From NCBI GenBank assembly GCA_002633005.1, contig NMRA01000907.1, positions 32,226 through 96,225 on the forward strand: a stretch of 64,000 nt of DNA. The letters are read 5' to 3'. Numbering within the stretch: the first letter of the stretch is position 1; each line of letters starts with the position of its first letter. The DNA is from Phoronis australis. Its lineage: Eukaryota > Animalia > Phoronida. A program made the position numbers and the translations under genes. Below the pieces are notes generated by a model. It did no database searches and was not told the origin of the DNA. It saw nothing but the letters and a program-made list of their open reading frames with translations. Below are positions 41,101 to 50,694 of the stretch, piece after piece.

Positions 41101-44100
41101 TTTGGCGGTTTGATCGTAGCAATATTAATGAGGGCCAATATTGACAACATGGTCGAGATATCAACAAAAACAACCAGAGTTATTAACAATGGTGAAATCC
41201 TCTGTGTACATGTATAACAAGTATCATAAAATGTTTTATTACTGTACCTTAAGGAGTTTCTTTATTGATTCCTCTTTACAGACATCGTAAGCAGTTCTTC
41301 CATCCTGTAAAATAGGTAATTAAATTCATATTAAAATTGACATTAAGTTTAAGTCAAAACTCCACTACACAAAACACGTGACCTCCATGCATATGTATTA
41401 TAGATACAGGTAAAGTTCATACATTTTGCCGTTTGTGCGAGATTTCATAGTTTGGAAGTTGAGACAACTCTTAGGCTTAAGTGAAAAATAAACTTAAAAC
41501 TGTTTCTTGGAGAGTCCAGGTTGTGAACCACTATATGTTCATGTCATCCATTTTGATGAGTTGTAAACAAAGCGTATGAATCTAATAAGGATGTTGAAAA
41601 TTGATTATCAGCTACAGAGTGATGTCATCAACTGGACCCAACACACACTCCGCAGCTTTTTCTGTTGTGTTTAAAAATATTTTTCAAGAGGCTCAACTCT
41701 CCTTCGCGTGGAGGATAGTTGGGCACCTAGTCAAGGAGAGTTGAGCTCACGGTTTCCTACAGCTTTGTATAACATGCACGATTCTTAATGAGCAGTTATG
41801 AAGAAAAAATGCTCTGCTGCTTTTGTCTTTAGCTTTTCACCCTTGAGTGTAAATGAAACTTGCTGAGTAACATTAACTAATTATATTTTGCTATATACGT
41901 CACAAAAAGTGACTAAACTTTTATCTTTCCGATTTCGTTTATAGTTGTAAATCTTACAGATACATGTAGCATAGTTTGCCAACAAATTCTTCCAAAACTG
42001 GCCAAGAATTGTATGGTGACACATGGCATACCTCCCCGCCAACTGGTGGTTTAGTAGCTGAGACAGCTATATTACAAACCCAGCACAATTAATGGGAAAA
42101 AATAATGTGGCAATATTTTACAATAATGTTAGGTTGCAAGTCACAATTCTTGCCTTATTTTGAAAATTCCAAAACCTGACCACGTACACATTTTACGAAC
42201 TATTCCGCTGCTATTTAAGCACTGTCAAAACGAACATTTTTGTCGCCACCAGTGTGTTAGTGATGAGTCTAATTATCTAGTGACTGATAACAACATCAGG
42301 CTGTGGCGTCCAGGCCGATGTAACTGCCTGCAACTGCATTGCGTCTTTGATCTGATCTTCAGACTTTACGTTACATACACCGGTCGAGTCGCCCAGCCTC
42401 GCCCGGTGAAAATAATCTGTTCACTTGGGATTCCTTTCACAAAGAAACTGCATCATCCGTTGTGCAATCGCATTAAAAGTAAGGCACCGGGTTACACAAC
42501 TTTGAGAGAAATAATTGAAATGCCAAGTAATTTGTCAAGGCTTTTTCTTGTCAAGTAAACATTCCAATCACTTAATTATCACCATTTATGAAAATGGTTG
42601 ACTTTTTCACNGTGTGTGTGTGTATATGTATCAATCCGTGGCAGAAATATACACAGTTCTGTAGTAGGGTTAAAAATAAACCACAGGGTTATAACACTGA
42701 AAATTGTTAAATAACCACTGCACAACAGAGAAACATAACTTAAAAACCATAAACAGACTTTCTAAATACAGGCTTGCACAGTCATGATTAAAAACCTGTG
42801 CATTTTATAATAATTGAAAAGAGAAAATCTAAACTTGTGCCTGGTGTAGGCGACTGTACGGCGTTGTTGGTCTGTTCTTAGTTTGTGTAGCCATAATACG
42901 ATGAATGTTTTCAGTCAGCCAGTTGGGTCATAGTATAAGAATCAATAAATCCATTACTGGACTTTCGGTACGTGGAGATGGCTACGTTGCGTCCTCCTCT
43001 CGAGGACTTCATCAGGCCACTGAGTTGTCACGTGAATTGTCATGTGATCTGTCGTACAGTTTCCGCGGGATTCTCTCCAGTGCCCTATCCCATGTCCTAG
43101 GTAAGTGAAAACCGCCTGTCTATTGAGGCTAGGATTCTCAATATTCTTGTAGATAGCTTCTTTGACCCCTCTCCAAAACCAATTCTCTTCTCTATCCAGG
43201 ATCTTCACATCTTGCATGGCGAAAGAGTGTTCTGTGGAATCCATGTGACTTAAGACTGCAGAACCATAGCAGTCCCCATAACTGGACCTCCGATGCTGGT
43301 TGAAACGACTTTTCAGGGCTTGTTTGGTTTCCCCAATATATGCTGCTCCACATCCCGGTTCCGAGCATGAAATGCCATACACCACATTTGATGTTTTCTC
43401 TTTGCTGGTTTTGTCTTTCACATTTAACAATTCACTCCTTATGGTGTTAAGAGCAATGTCGTGTCCTCTCATATGTGATTTGATCTGGTCAGCGATCCCT
43501 GGCACAAAAGGCAATGTTATCCTGATGTTTCCCCTATTATCAGGCTGCGTGTTCTGAGGCCTGACTCTGTCATGGTTTGCCTTGTGGAATGACCAGTTCG
43601 GGTAGCCACATCTTTTCAACACTGTTCTGTTGTGTTCTATTTCAAAATCAATGTCCTGCTCAGTGTTGGAGATGGTTCTCGCTCGATAGGCCAACGTTCT
43701 AATCACGCCTAGTTTGTGAATCAACGGGTGATTGGAGTCAAACGGAAGATAGTAGTCCATGTGAGTGGGCTTCCTATAAACCTTGGTCTTGAAATGCTTG
43801 TCTGTAACAGTCACTAAACAATCCAGGAACGGTAAAGTTTTTAGTCACATGAATTCCACAGAACACTCTTTCGCCATGCAAGATGTGAAGATCCTGGATA
43901 GAGAAGAGAATTGGTTTCGGAGAGGGGTCAAAGAAGCTATCTACGAGAGAATTGAGAATCCTAGCCTCAATAAACAGGGGGGCTAGGGTTTCACTTACCG
44001 AGGACATGGGATAGGGCGCTGAAGAGAATCCCGCGGAAACTGTACGACAGATCACATGACAAGTCACGTGACAACTCAGTGGCCTGATGAAGTCCTCGAG

Positions 44101-47100
44101 AGGAGGACGCAACGTAGCCATCTCCGCGTACTGTATGTCCAGTAATAGATTTATTGATACTTATACTTTGTGTAGCAATGTTACGATCAAGCCAGTGACT
44201 TTTATTTTACTGAGTGCTCTGGGAAGGTACATGCAATAAGGAAACGACTGCTTGTATAGGTTCACGTAAGAGGTAGATCATTTTTGATGAGATATATATG
44301 TTAAATGAATAATTCTTCGAACTCGTTGTTCATTTAAAACACATTTATTGCAGTATGAATTAAAGACGGAGTACAACACTCTCTACGCAGTCACAGCGGC
44401 CTTTAATGATTTGAAGCTTCACAACCGCTGCGTGTCCAACCTCTGACGCCATGTGTAGCGGTGTGTCACCCCACTACAGCAAGTGAACAAACATGCCGGG
44501 GGGATTGTTGGTCAGCATTACATATACAATAGCGAAATGCGTGGCTCAACAGGGCTTCACGTTTTATATTTTTCAAGTTCAAAACTTCACCATCAGTTGC
44601 ATATTGATGACGTGGGTGGATCCACAGTGTGTGACTACAACCTAACATTTAAACTAGCACACAACTTGAGCGACATTCCTTAAATGTTCGTCTGATGTGT
44701 TGTAGCCGCGCATTGAAAAGATAATTTAAATTATACCACAATATTAGCTTCGAATGGCAGATACAACCGTGAAGTAACCCATAAAGTTATCTCACTAGTG
44801 AGATAACATTTTGGCGGGAAACCGAGGCCGGGCCTCAACAGTTGCGAGCCGCGCAATAATCGCATGTTCAGCAAAGAGCATTACACCGACAATTATACTC
44901 TATGAAAAATAAGACGCATAATTTCCATAAAAACGATATTTTAATACAGTGAAATTTCTCTCTCGTGTTCTCTCACTTGTAAATCACCGACCTCCAATTT
45001 GAATGCAGGTGTCGTGTGGTCGGGATCCCTTGACTTGAGCATTATAGTCAGTTACTAGTGGTAACCTACTTTAGCAGACGATATATTCCCGGTCCAAGCT
45101 TAGCGTGATAAAATGTGTAGTAAGCTATAACAGTTGCTAAACCGTAATTTACAGATTAACTTTCTTTCTATTTTGTTTTATTTTTCAATTAGTTTTGAGT
45201 AAAAACATTATTTTACAAAAATATCTCGTCTTTTCTTAAAAGGTCACGACCTGCGACCCTGGGCCTCTGACATAGAAAGTAGTTACAAAGCCGAGGCGAG
45301 TCGAGAAAGGTAGATTGATTCATTGCATTGTTTCTCGTTCAGTATGTGGTATAAATAGATTATTACATGTTCTCAGTCGTTATCCCCCTTATATAGAGCC
45401 CTCGTGGATTTTGTAGAATTATCACCCTCGGAGCTAACGCCCCTCGGGCGATAATTCTCCAAAATCAACTCGGGCTGTAGATAACGGGGGATAACGACTT
45501 CGCCATGTAATAATCTATATATATGACAACTTGATGTTATACATAACAACAGAGCGACATTGATTTAGTGAGCACTGTGGAAATGCAAGTAAATAACAAA
45601 CTCATTGTACAACTCCATGTCACCTGAAAACCGTTTTTAATTACTTCAAAATCACGTGCTCGTCACGTCACGTGCACGTCACGAGGAGTGTAAGGAAATG
45701 TCAAGTTTACAATAAAATCATTTATCCTGATGAATTTATTAAAACACCGAATGATTCAGACTTGTCACATCTTGTATGTTGATCATCGTTGTGTAAACAA
45801 CTAGTTCAACTAAACACCCTGTGTGTCATTAATTACCTCATCGCGGACACTCACGTTGGCCCCGTGTTGGAGGAGACTCTGCACGACGGCTGTACGACCC
45901 CACAATGATGCCCGGTGCAGCAGTGTCCGGCCATCCTATGTAATATATAATGGAGATGTGTGAATGGACGACCAACGTTTAGAGCTAATTAACATACACG
46001 GGAGAAAGTGAACTTGTAAGGTGACATCAATGAAACATCACTGACCCCTCTAAGGTGCTAATACTTGTAATGATGTCAACAGAGAAATGTTAAGTTTAAG
46101 AACAAAACAACAGAACCTGGTTAGTGTTTCGTTTCTTCTTACTGGACGGTAACACGGGTAGTAATTGTGCGCTGTAACGTGTTGAACAACCTCCAGTGTA
46201 ACGTATGGTTTGGTCTAACGAATTAGGAGTATTTTAATTAAGTTATGGGACATTTTACATGTACATGTAAGTCACGATGCATTATCTCTTCCAGTCTACA
46301 CAGCTTTAGCGGTTCATGAACAGAAAGCAGACGACATTTAATTTGACATTGTTTAGGAACATTAAATTGTGAAAATATCAACAAAATTTGTGCCTGTCAG
46401 TTTTAAACATTGTTTATGCAAACAACTAGATCAACCAAATAACCTGTGTGTCATTAATTACCTGACCACGGACATCCACTGTGGCGCTGTGTTCAACTAG
46501 ACACTCCACTATCTGTGTATGACCATACTGTGCTGCCCAGTGCAGCGGTGTCTGGCCCGACTATGTAATATATAATGGAGATGTGTGAATGGACGATCAA
46601 CGTTTAGAGCTAATTAACATACACGGGGGAAAGTGAACTTGTAAGGAGGCATGAATGAAACATTACTGACCCCTCTAAGGTGCTAATACTTGTAATGATG
46701 TCAACAAGGAAATGTTAAGTTTAAGAACAAAACAACAGAACCTGGTTAGTGTTTCGTTTCTCCTTGCTGGACGAAAACACCGGTAGTAATTATGCGCTGT
46801 AACATGTTAGACAACCCCAGTGCAATGTATGTTTTTGTCTAACGAATTAGGAGTATTTTAATTAAGTTATGTGACATTTTACCTGTACATGAAAGCCACG
46901 CTGCATTATCTCTACAAGTCCACGCAGCTTTAGCGGTTCATGAACGGAAAGCAGACGACATTTATTTTGACATTGTTTAGAGGGAACAATAAATTGTGAA
47001 AAGATCAACAAAATTTGTCCCTCATCAGTTTTAAACATTGTTTGTGTAAACAAGTAGATCAACCCAATAACCTGTGTGTCATTAATTACCTTATCACAGA

Positions 47101-49694
47101 CATTCACTGTGGCGCTGTGTTCAACTATACACTTCACTATCTGTGTATGACCATACTCTGCTGCCCAGTGCAGCGGTGTCCGGCCCATCTATGTAATATA
47201 TAATGGAGATGTGTGAATGGACGATCAACGTTTAGAGCTAATTAACATACACGGGAGAAAGTGAACTTGTAAGGTGACATAAATGAAACATCAGTGACCC
47301 CTCTAAGATGCTAATACTTGTAATGATGTCAACAGGGAAATGTCAAGTGCAAGAACAAAACAACAGAACCTGGTTAGTGTTTCGTTTCTTCTTACTGGAC
47401 AATAACACGGGTAGTAATTGTGCGCTGTAACGGGTTGAACAACATCCAGTGTAATGTATGGTTTGGTCTAACGAATTAGGAGTATTTTAATTAAGTTATG
47501 TGACATTTTACCTGTACATGTAAGTCACGATGCATTGTCTCTACCAGTCTACACAGGTTTAATTAGCGGTTCATGAACAGAAAGCAGACGACATTTAATT
47601 TGACATTGTTTAGGAACATTAAATTGTGAAAATATCAACAAAATTTGTCCCTGTCAGTTTTAAAAATTGTTTATGCAAACAACTAGATCAACCAAATAAC
47701 CTGTGTGTCATTAATTACCTGATCACGGACATCCACTGTGGCGCTGTGTTCAAATAGACACTCCACTATCTGTGTATGACCACACAGTGCTGCACGGTGC
47801 AGCGGTGTCCAGCCCTCCTATGTAATATATAATGGAGATGTGTGAATGGACGATCAACGTTTAGAGCTAATTAACATACACGGGGGAAAGTGAACTTGTA
47901 AGGAGACATGAATGAAACATTACTGACCCCTCTAAGGTGCTAATACTTGTAATGATGTCAACAGGGAAATGTCAAGTTTAAGAACAAAACAACAGAACCT
48001 GGTTAGTGTATCGTTTCTTCTTACTGGACGGTAAAACGGGTAGTAATTGTGCGCTCTAACTTGTTCAACAACCTCCAGTGTAATGTATGGTTTGTTCTAA
48101 CGAATTAGGAGTATTATAATTAAGTTATGTGACATTTTACCTGCACATGTAAGTCACGATGCATTATCTCTACCAGTCTACACAGCTTTAGCTGTTCATG
48201 AACGGAAAGCAGACGACATTTAATTTGACAATGTTTAGGAACATTAAATTGTGAAAATATCAACAAAATTTGTCCCTGTCAGTCTTAAAGATTGTTTATG
48301 CAAACAACTAGATCAACCAAACAACCTGTGTGTCATTAATTACCTGATCACGGACATCCACTGTGGCGCTGTGTTGAACTAGACACTTCACTATCTGTGT
48401 ATAACCTAACTGTGCTGCGCAGTGCAGCGGTGTCCAGCCCTCCTATGTAATATATAATGGAGATGTGTGAATGGACGATCAACGTTTAGAGCTAATTAAC
48501 ATACACGGGGGAAAGTGAACTTGTAAGGAGACATGAATGAAACATTACTGACCCCTCTAAGGTGCTAATACTTGTAATGATGTCAACAGGGAAATGTTAA
48601 GTTTAAGAACAAAACAACAGAACCTGGTTAGTGTTTCGTTTCTCCTTGCTGGACGAAAACACCAGTAGTAATTATGCGCTGTAACATGTTAGACAACCCA
48701 GTGTAATGTATGTTTTAGTCTAACGAATTAGGAGTATTTTAATTAAGTTATGTGACATTTTACCTGTACAAGAAAGTCACGCTGCATTATCTCTACAAGT
48801 CCACGCAGCTTTAGCGGTTCATGAACGGAAAGCAGACGACATTTATTTTGACATTGTTTAGGGACATTAAATTGTGAAAATATCAACAAAATTTTGTCCC
48901 TGTCAGTTTTAAACATTGTTTATGCAAACAACTAGATCAACCCAAAAACATGTGTGTCATTAATTACCTTATCACAGACATTCACTGTGGCGCTGTGTTC
49001 AACTAGACACTCCACTGTCTGTGTACGACCCCACAGTGCTGCACAGTGCAGCGGTGTCAGGCCCTCCTATGTAATATATAATGGAGATGTGTGAATGGAC
49101 GATCAACGTTTAGAGCTAATTAACATACACGGGGAAAGTTAACTTGTAAGGTGACATTAATGAAACATCACTGACACATCTAAGACACTAAAATACCTGC
49201 AATGAGTTCAACTCAAGTTTTACAGGTGATTCGAAAACGTTGAAACAACAACAGAACATTTTGCAGACGTGGACTGCCAGAAGTTTGCTGAACGCCTCCA
49301 TAATTCACAGAGACCCCTCCAGGTTGTGTTTATACTGGCTTCCTATTTAATATAATGTTGTAATATTGAAAGGGCGATTGTCATTAAGAATAGAAAGGTA
49401 TCAACGTTGAGTCGGCAAAGATATTGTTGATAGGATTCAAATCTCAGTGCTTCTCAAGATGCATGTACCGCGTACAGAATGAAAAATACATGTCGAAGTC
49501 AGGAGAGATAAAATATGTATTTACACAAAACATATTTAGTTAAATTTTAGATAGCATACAGTGTTTGTAAAGTGGTCTGAATTAGTTTCTATTACCACGT
49601 CTTGCATGTCTACATCGGCCCCACCCTGTAACAATAACCTCGCCACCTCTGTGCTGCCCCGCCATGCTGCTTGGTGTAGTAGGGCCTTGCGGTC
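34870..49694 (-). CDS. Multi-exon gene: ankyrin-repeat array plus FAM111-like trypsin-fold serine protease (at least 13 exons, about 664 aa; start exon uncertain)
   Basis: Exons 49596-49694, 48968-49066, 48344-48442, 47719-47817, 47090-47188, 46462-46560, 45837-45935, 44375-44473, 41248-41304, 39220-39490, 38883-39113, 35614-35939, 34870-35187. All have AG/GT borders and compatible phases, giving one stop-free frame with the His/Asp/Ser triad. Confidence 0.85.
35614..35939 (-). CDS. Protease exon with catalytic Asp (EDLDVAVLDL) and HFVGHP motif
   Basis: Acceptor ttttacAG phase 1, donor AAG/GTacga phase 0; LDVAVL and VGHP.G..K..D.C are Trypsin_2/FAM111 motifs. Confidence 0.92.
37381..37533. 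repeat. 21-bp minisatellite, about 7 copies (gtggttttgaagtctgggcaa), intronic
   Basis: Tandem units visible directly. Confidence 0.9.
38883..39113 (-). CDS. Protease exon with catalytic His (GSGFRVGPTYIMTNCHV)
   Basis: Acceptor attttccAG phase 1, donor GTaagt phase 1, 231 nt open. Confidence 0.92.
39220..39490 (-). CDS. Linker exon (QHMEQTRR...VVTRQS)
   Basis: Acceptor cacctccAG phase 0, donor CAG/GTaatt phase 1; phases join the cap exon to the protease exon. Confidence 0.8.
39795..40850 (+). mobile_element. 5'-truncated non-LTR retrotransposon 3' end (RTE-X/L2-like; clade uncertain), intronic and antisense to the host gene
   Basis: YGSEIWG, IERVQLKFCK, AVLGELGRYP, IEKGR, IEDEYHF; one stop and one frameshift. 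Confidence 0.85.
41248..41304 (-). CDS. Ankyrin C-cap exon (DGRTAYDVCKEESIKKLLK)
   Basis: 57 nt, tttacAG and AAG/GTacag, phase 0-0; typical terminal partial ankyrin repeat. Confidence 0.85.
42978..43020 (-). ncRNA. Minimal type I hammerhead-ribozyme-like motif (variant core)
   Basis: tggc-CTGATGA-a-gtcctc(gagag)gaggac-GCAACGTA-gcca in the pLTR. Confidence 0.6.
44079..44121 (+). ncRNA. Minimal type I hammerhead-ribozyme-like motif, second copy
   Basis: Same motif in the inverted pLTR. Confidence 0.6.
44375..44473 (-). CDS. Ankyrin exon 8 (WGDTPLHMASEVGHAAVVKLQIIKGRCDCVESV), atypical 3' end
   Basis: Acceptor ctgtAG and TPLH motif; GT at exactly 99 nt, but the donor (GTactc) is weak. Confidence 0.65.
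45355..45518. mobile_element. About 164-bp fold-back (palindromic) MITE
   Basis: atagattattacatg...catgtaataatctat; the two halves are imperfect reverse complements along the whole length. Confidence 0.85.
45837..45935 (-). CDS. Ankyrin exon 7 (DGRTLLHRASLWGRTAVVQSLLQHGANVSVRDE)
   Basis: 99 nt, catAG and GTaatt, phase 0-0. Confidence 0.92.
46462..46560 (-). CDS. Ankyrin exon 6 (SGQTPLHWAAQYGHTQIVECLVEHSATVDVRGQ)
   Basis: 99 nt, catAG and GTaatt, phase 0-0. Confidence 0.93.
47090..47188 (-). CDS. Ankyrin exon 5 (MGRTPLHWAAEYGHTQIVKCIVEHSATVNVCDK)
   Basis: 99 nt, catAG and GTaatt, phase 0-0. Confidence 0.93.
47719..47817 (-). CDS. Ankyrin exon 4 (EGWTPLHRAALCGHTQIVECLFEHSATVDVRDQ)
   Basis: 99 nt, catAG and GTaatt, phase 0-0. 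Confidence 0.93.
48344..48442 (-). CDS. Ankyrin exon 3 (EGWTPLHCAAQLGYTQIVKCLVQHSATVDVRDQ)
   Basis: 99 nt, catAG and GTaatt, phase 0-0. Confidence 0.93.
48968..49066 (-). CDS. Ankyrin exon 2 (EGLTPLHCAALWGRTQTVECLVEHSATVNVCDK)
   Basis: 99 nt, catAG and GTaatt, phase 0-0. Confidence 0.93.
49596..49694 (-). CDS. Ankyrin exon 1 (DRKALLHQAAWRGSTEVARLLLQGGADVDMQDV)
   Basis: 99 nt, ttctacAG and GTaata, phase 0-0. Confidence 0.92.
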
Positions 49695-50667
49695 CTGTAG
49701 AAACAATGAACAAGTTATAGCAAGACTCACAATCACTAACTTTACCGTGCATCTTAATTACTAACAACCAAAACTTTGAACTTGCACATAAAATTATCAA
49801 AGCTACTCCCTGTTTAAGAGGTAATATAACAGTCGTGGTTAGAATAGAATTCTCAGAGTGAAGACACGGATGTTCTTTTATAATATGAACACTTTTATCA
49901 AAATCCGAGCAACTGGTTGTAGCTAAGACTAACTATCATAGTTATTGACAAAAACGTGACCTTGATATTCACACAGAATAATCAACTTTAAGAGAACGAT
50001 TTCACCAGCTACACCAGCTACACGGGACGAAATGAAGCTGACCGAGAAATCATTTTTGTTAAAAATATGAGGTAATAGGCGACAGCATTGAAGCAAGATG
50101 CTTAGTACATGAGAGATGAGAGAACATCAATACAAGGTTAATATATCAGAATGGGATATCAAAATATTTCAGGAAAAAAATCGCTTGGTCAATCTTTGGT
50201 TTAGGGTGCATTAATAGTTGGGATCATAGCCACTGGAAAAACACTACAAATTAAACACATGTTGAAACACATTTTACCAAAACCTTTTTTGATCAAGATC
50301 TCTGTTCAGTGGATCAATCAATCATGTAGTTTCCATTTCGACACAAATCCAAACAGTCAGTTGTTCTGCTGCACTGAGACTTGATAAACGACGAAGGAGT
50401 GGTCGGCCAGACGAAGCTTGCTATTAAAAAGAGGGCTTTGCCGGCCAGTTTTCACGTGTACACGCGATCAATTGATACATTTGCCTGTTCTTGGATTTAT
50501 TTAAAGGGGCATTTCCTATTCGTAAGAAACTAATTAAAGTCCTTGTCTAACGCGTTGTTAACCCTTATTACATGGTTAGAAGATGTTATAAGGATCCAAG
50601 AAGTACCTACCCCATAACTAATACACGATCCGTACTCGAAAACAGTTTAAATGAACGCGCCACTCAC

Positions 50668-50694
50668 GATTCGCACCCGAAGAAACACCGCCAT
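50668..50694 (-). CDS. Candidate first coding exon (MAVFLRVRI) of the ankyrin-protease gene
   Basis: ATGGCG start and a consensus GTGAGT donor in phase 0; lies next to an N at 50696. Confidence 0.35.

Larger units (their letters stand above)
42929..44170 (-). mobile_element. Penelope-like retroelement (RT thumb plus GIY-YIG) with inverted pLTR copy
   Basis: ORF 42954-43814: VYRKPTH, SNHP, NVVYGISC, YIGET, KEAIY..ENPSLNR; about 43835-44170 is the reverse complement of about 42929-43260. Confidence 0.93.
45790..49180. repeat. Tandem array of exon-plus-intron units of about 626 bp (about 5.4 units, 6 exons)
   Basis: Exon spacing 625, 628, 629, 625, 624 bp; introns align along their full length. 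Confidence 0.97.

Noticed and set aside
42160-42558. 132-aa plus-strand ORF in the intron
   Set aside because: Non-ATG start, no motif, antisense to the host gene
46862-47188. Stand-alone 108-aa ankyrin ORF
   Set aside because: Only the first 33 codons are exon; the rest is intron read-through
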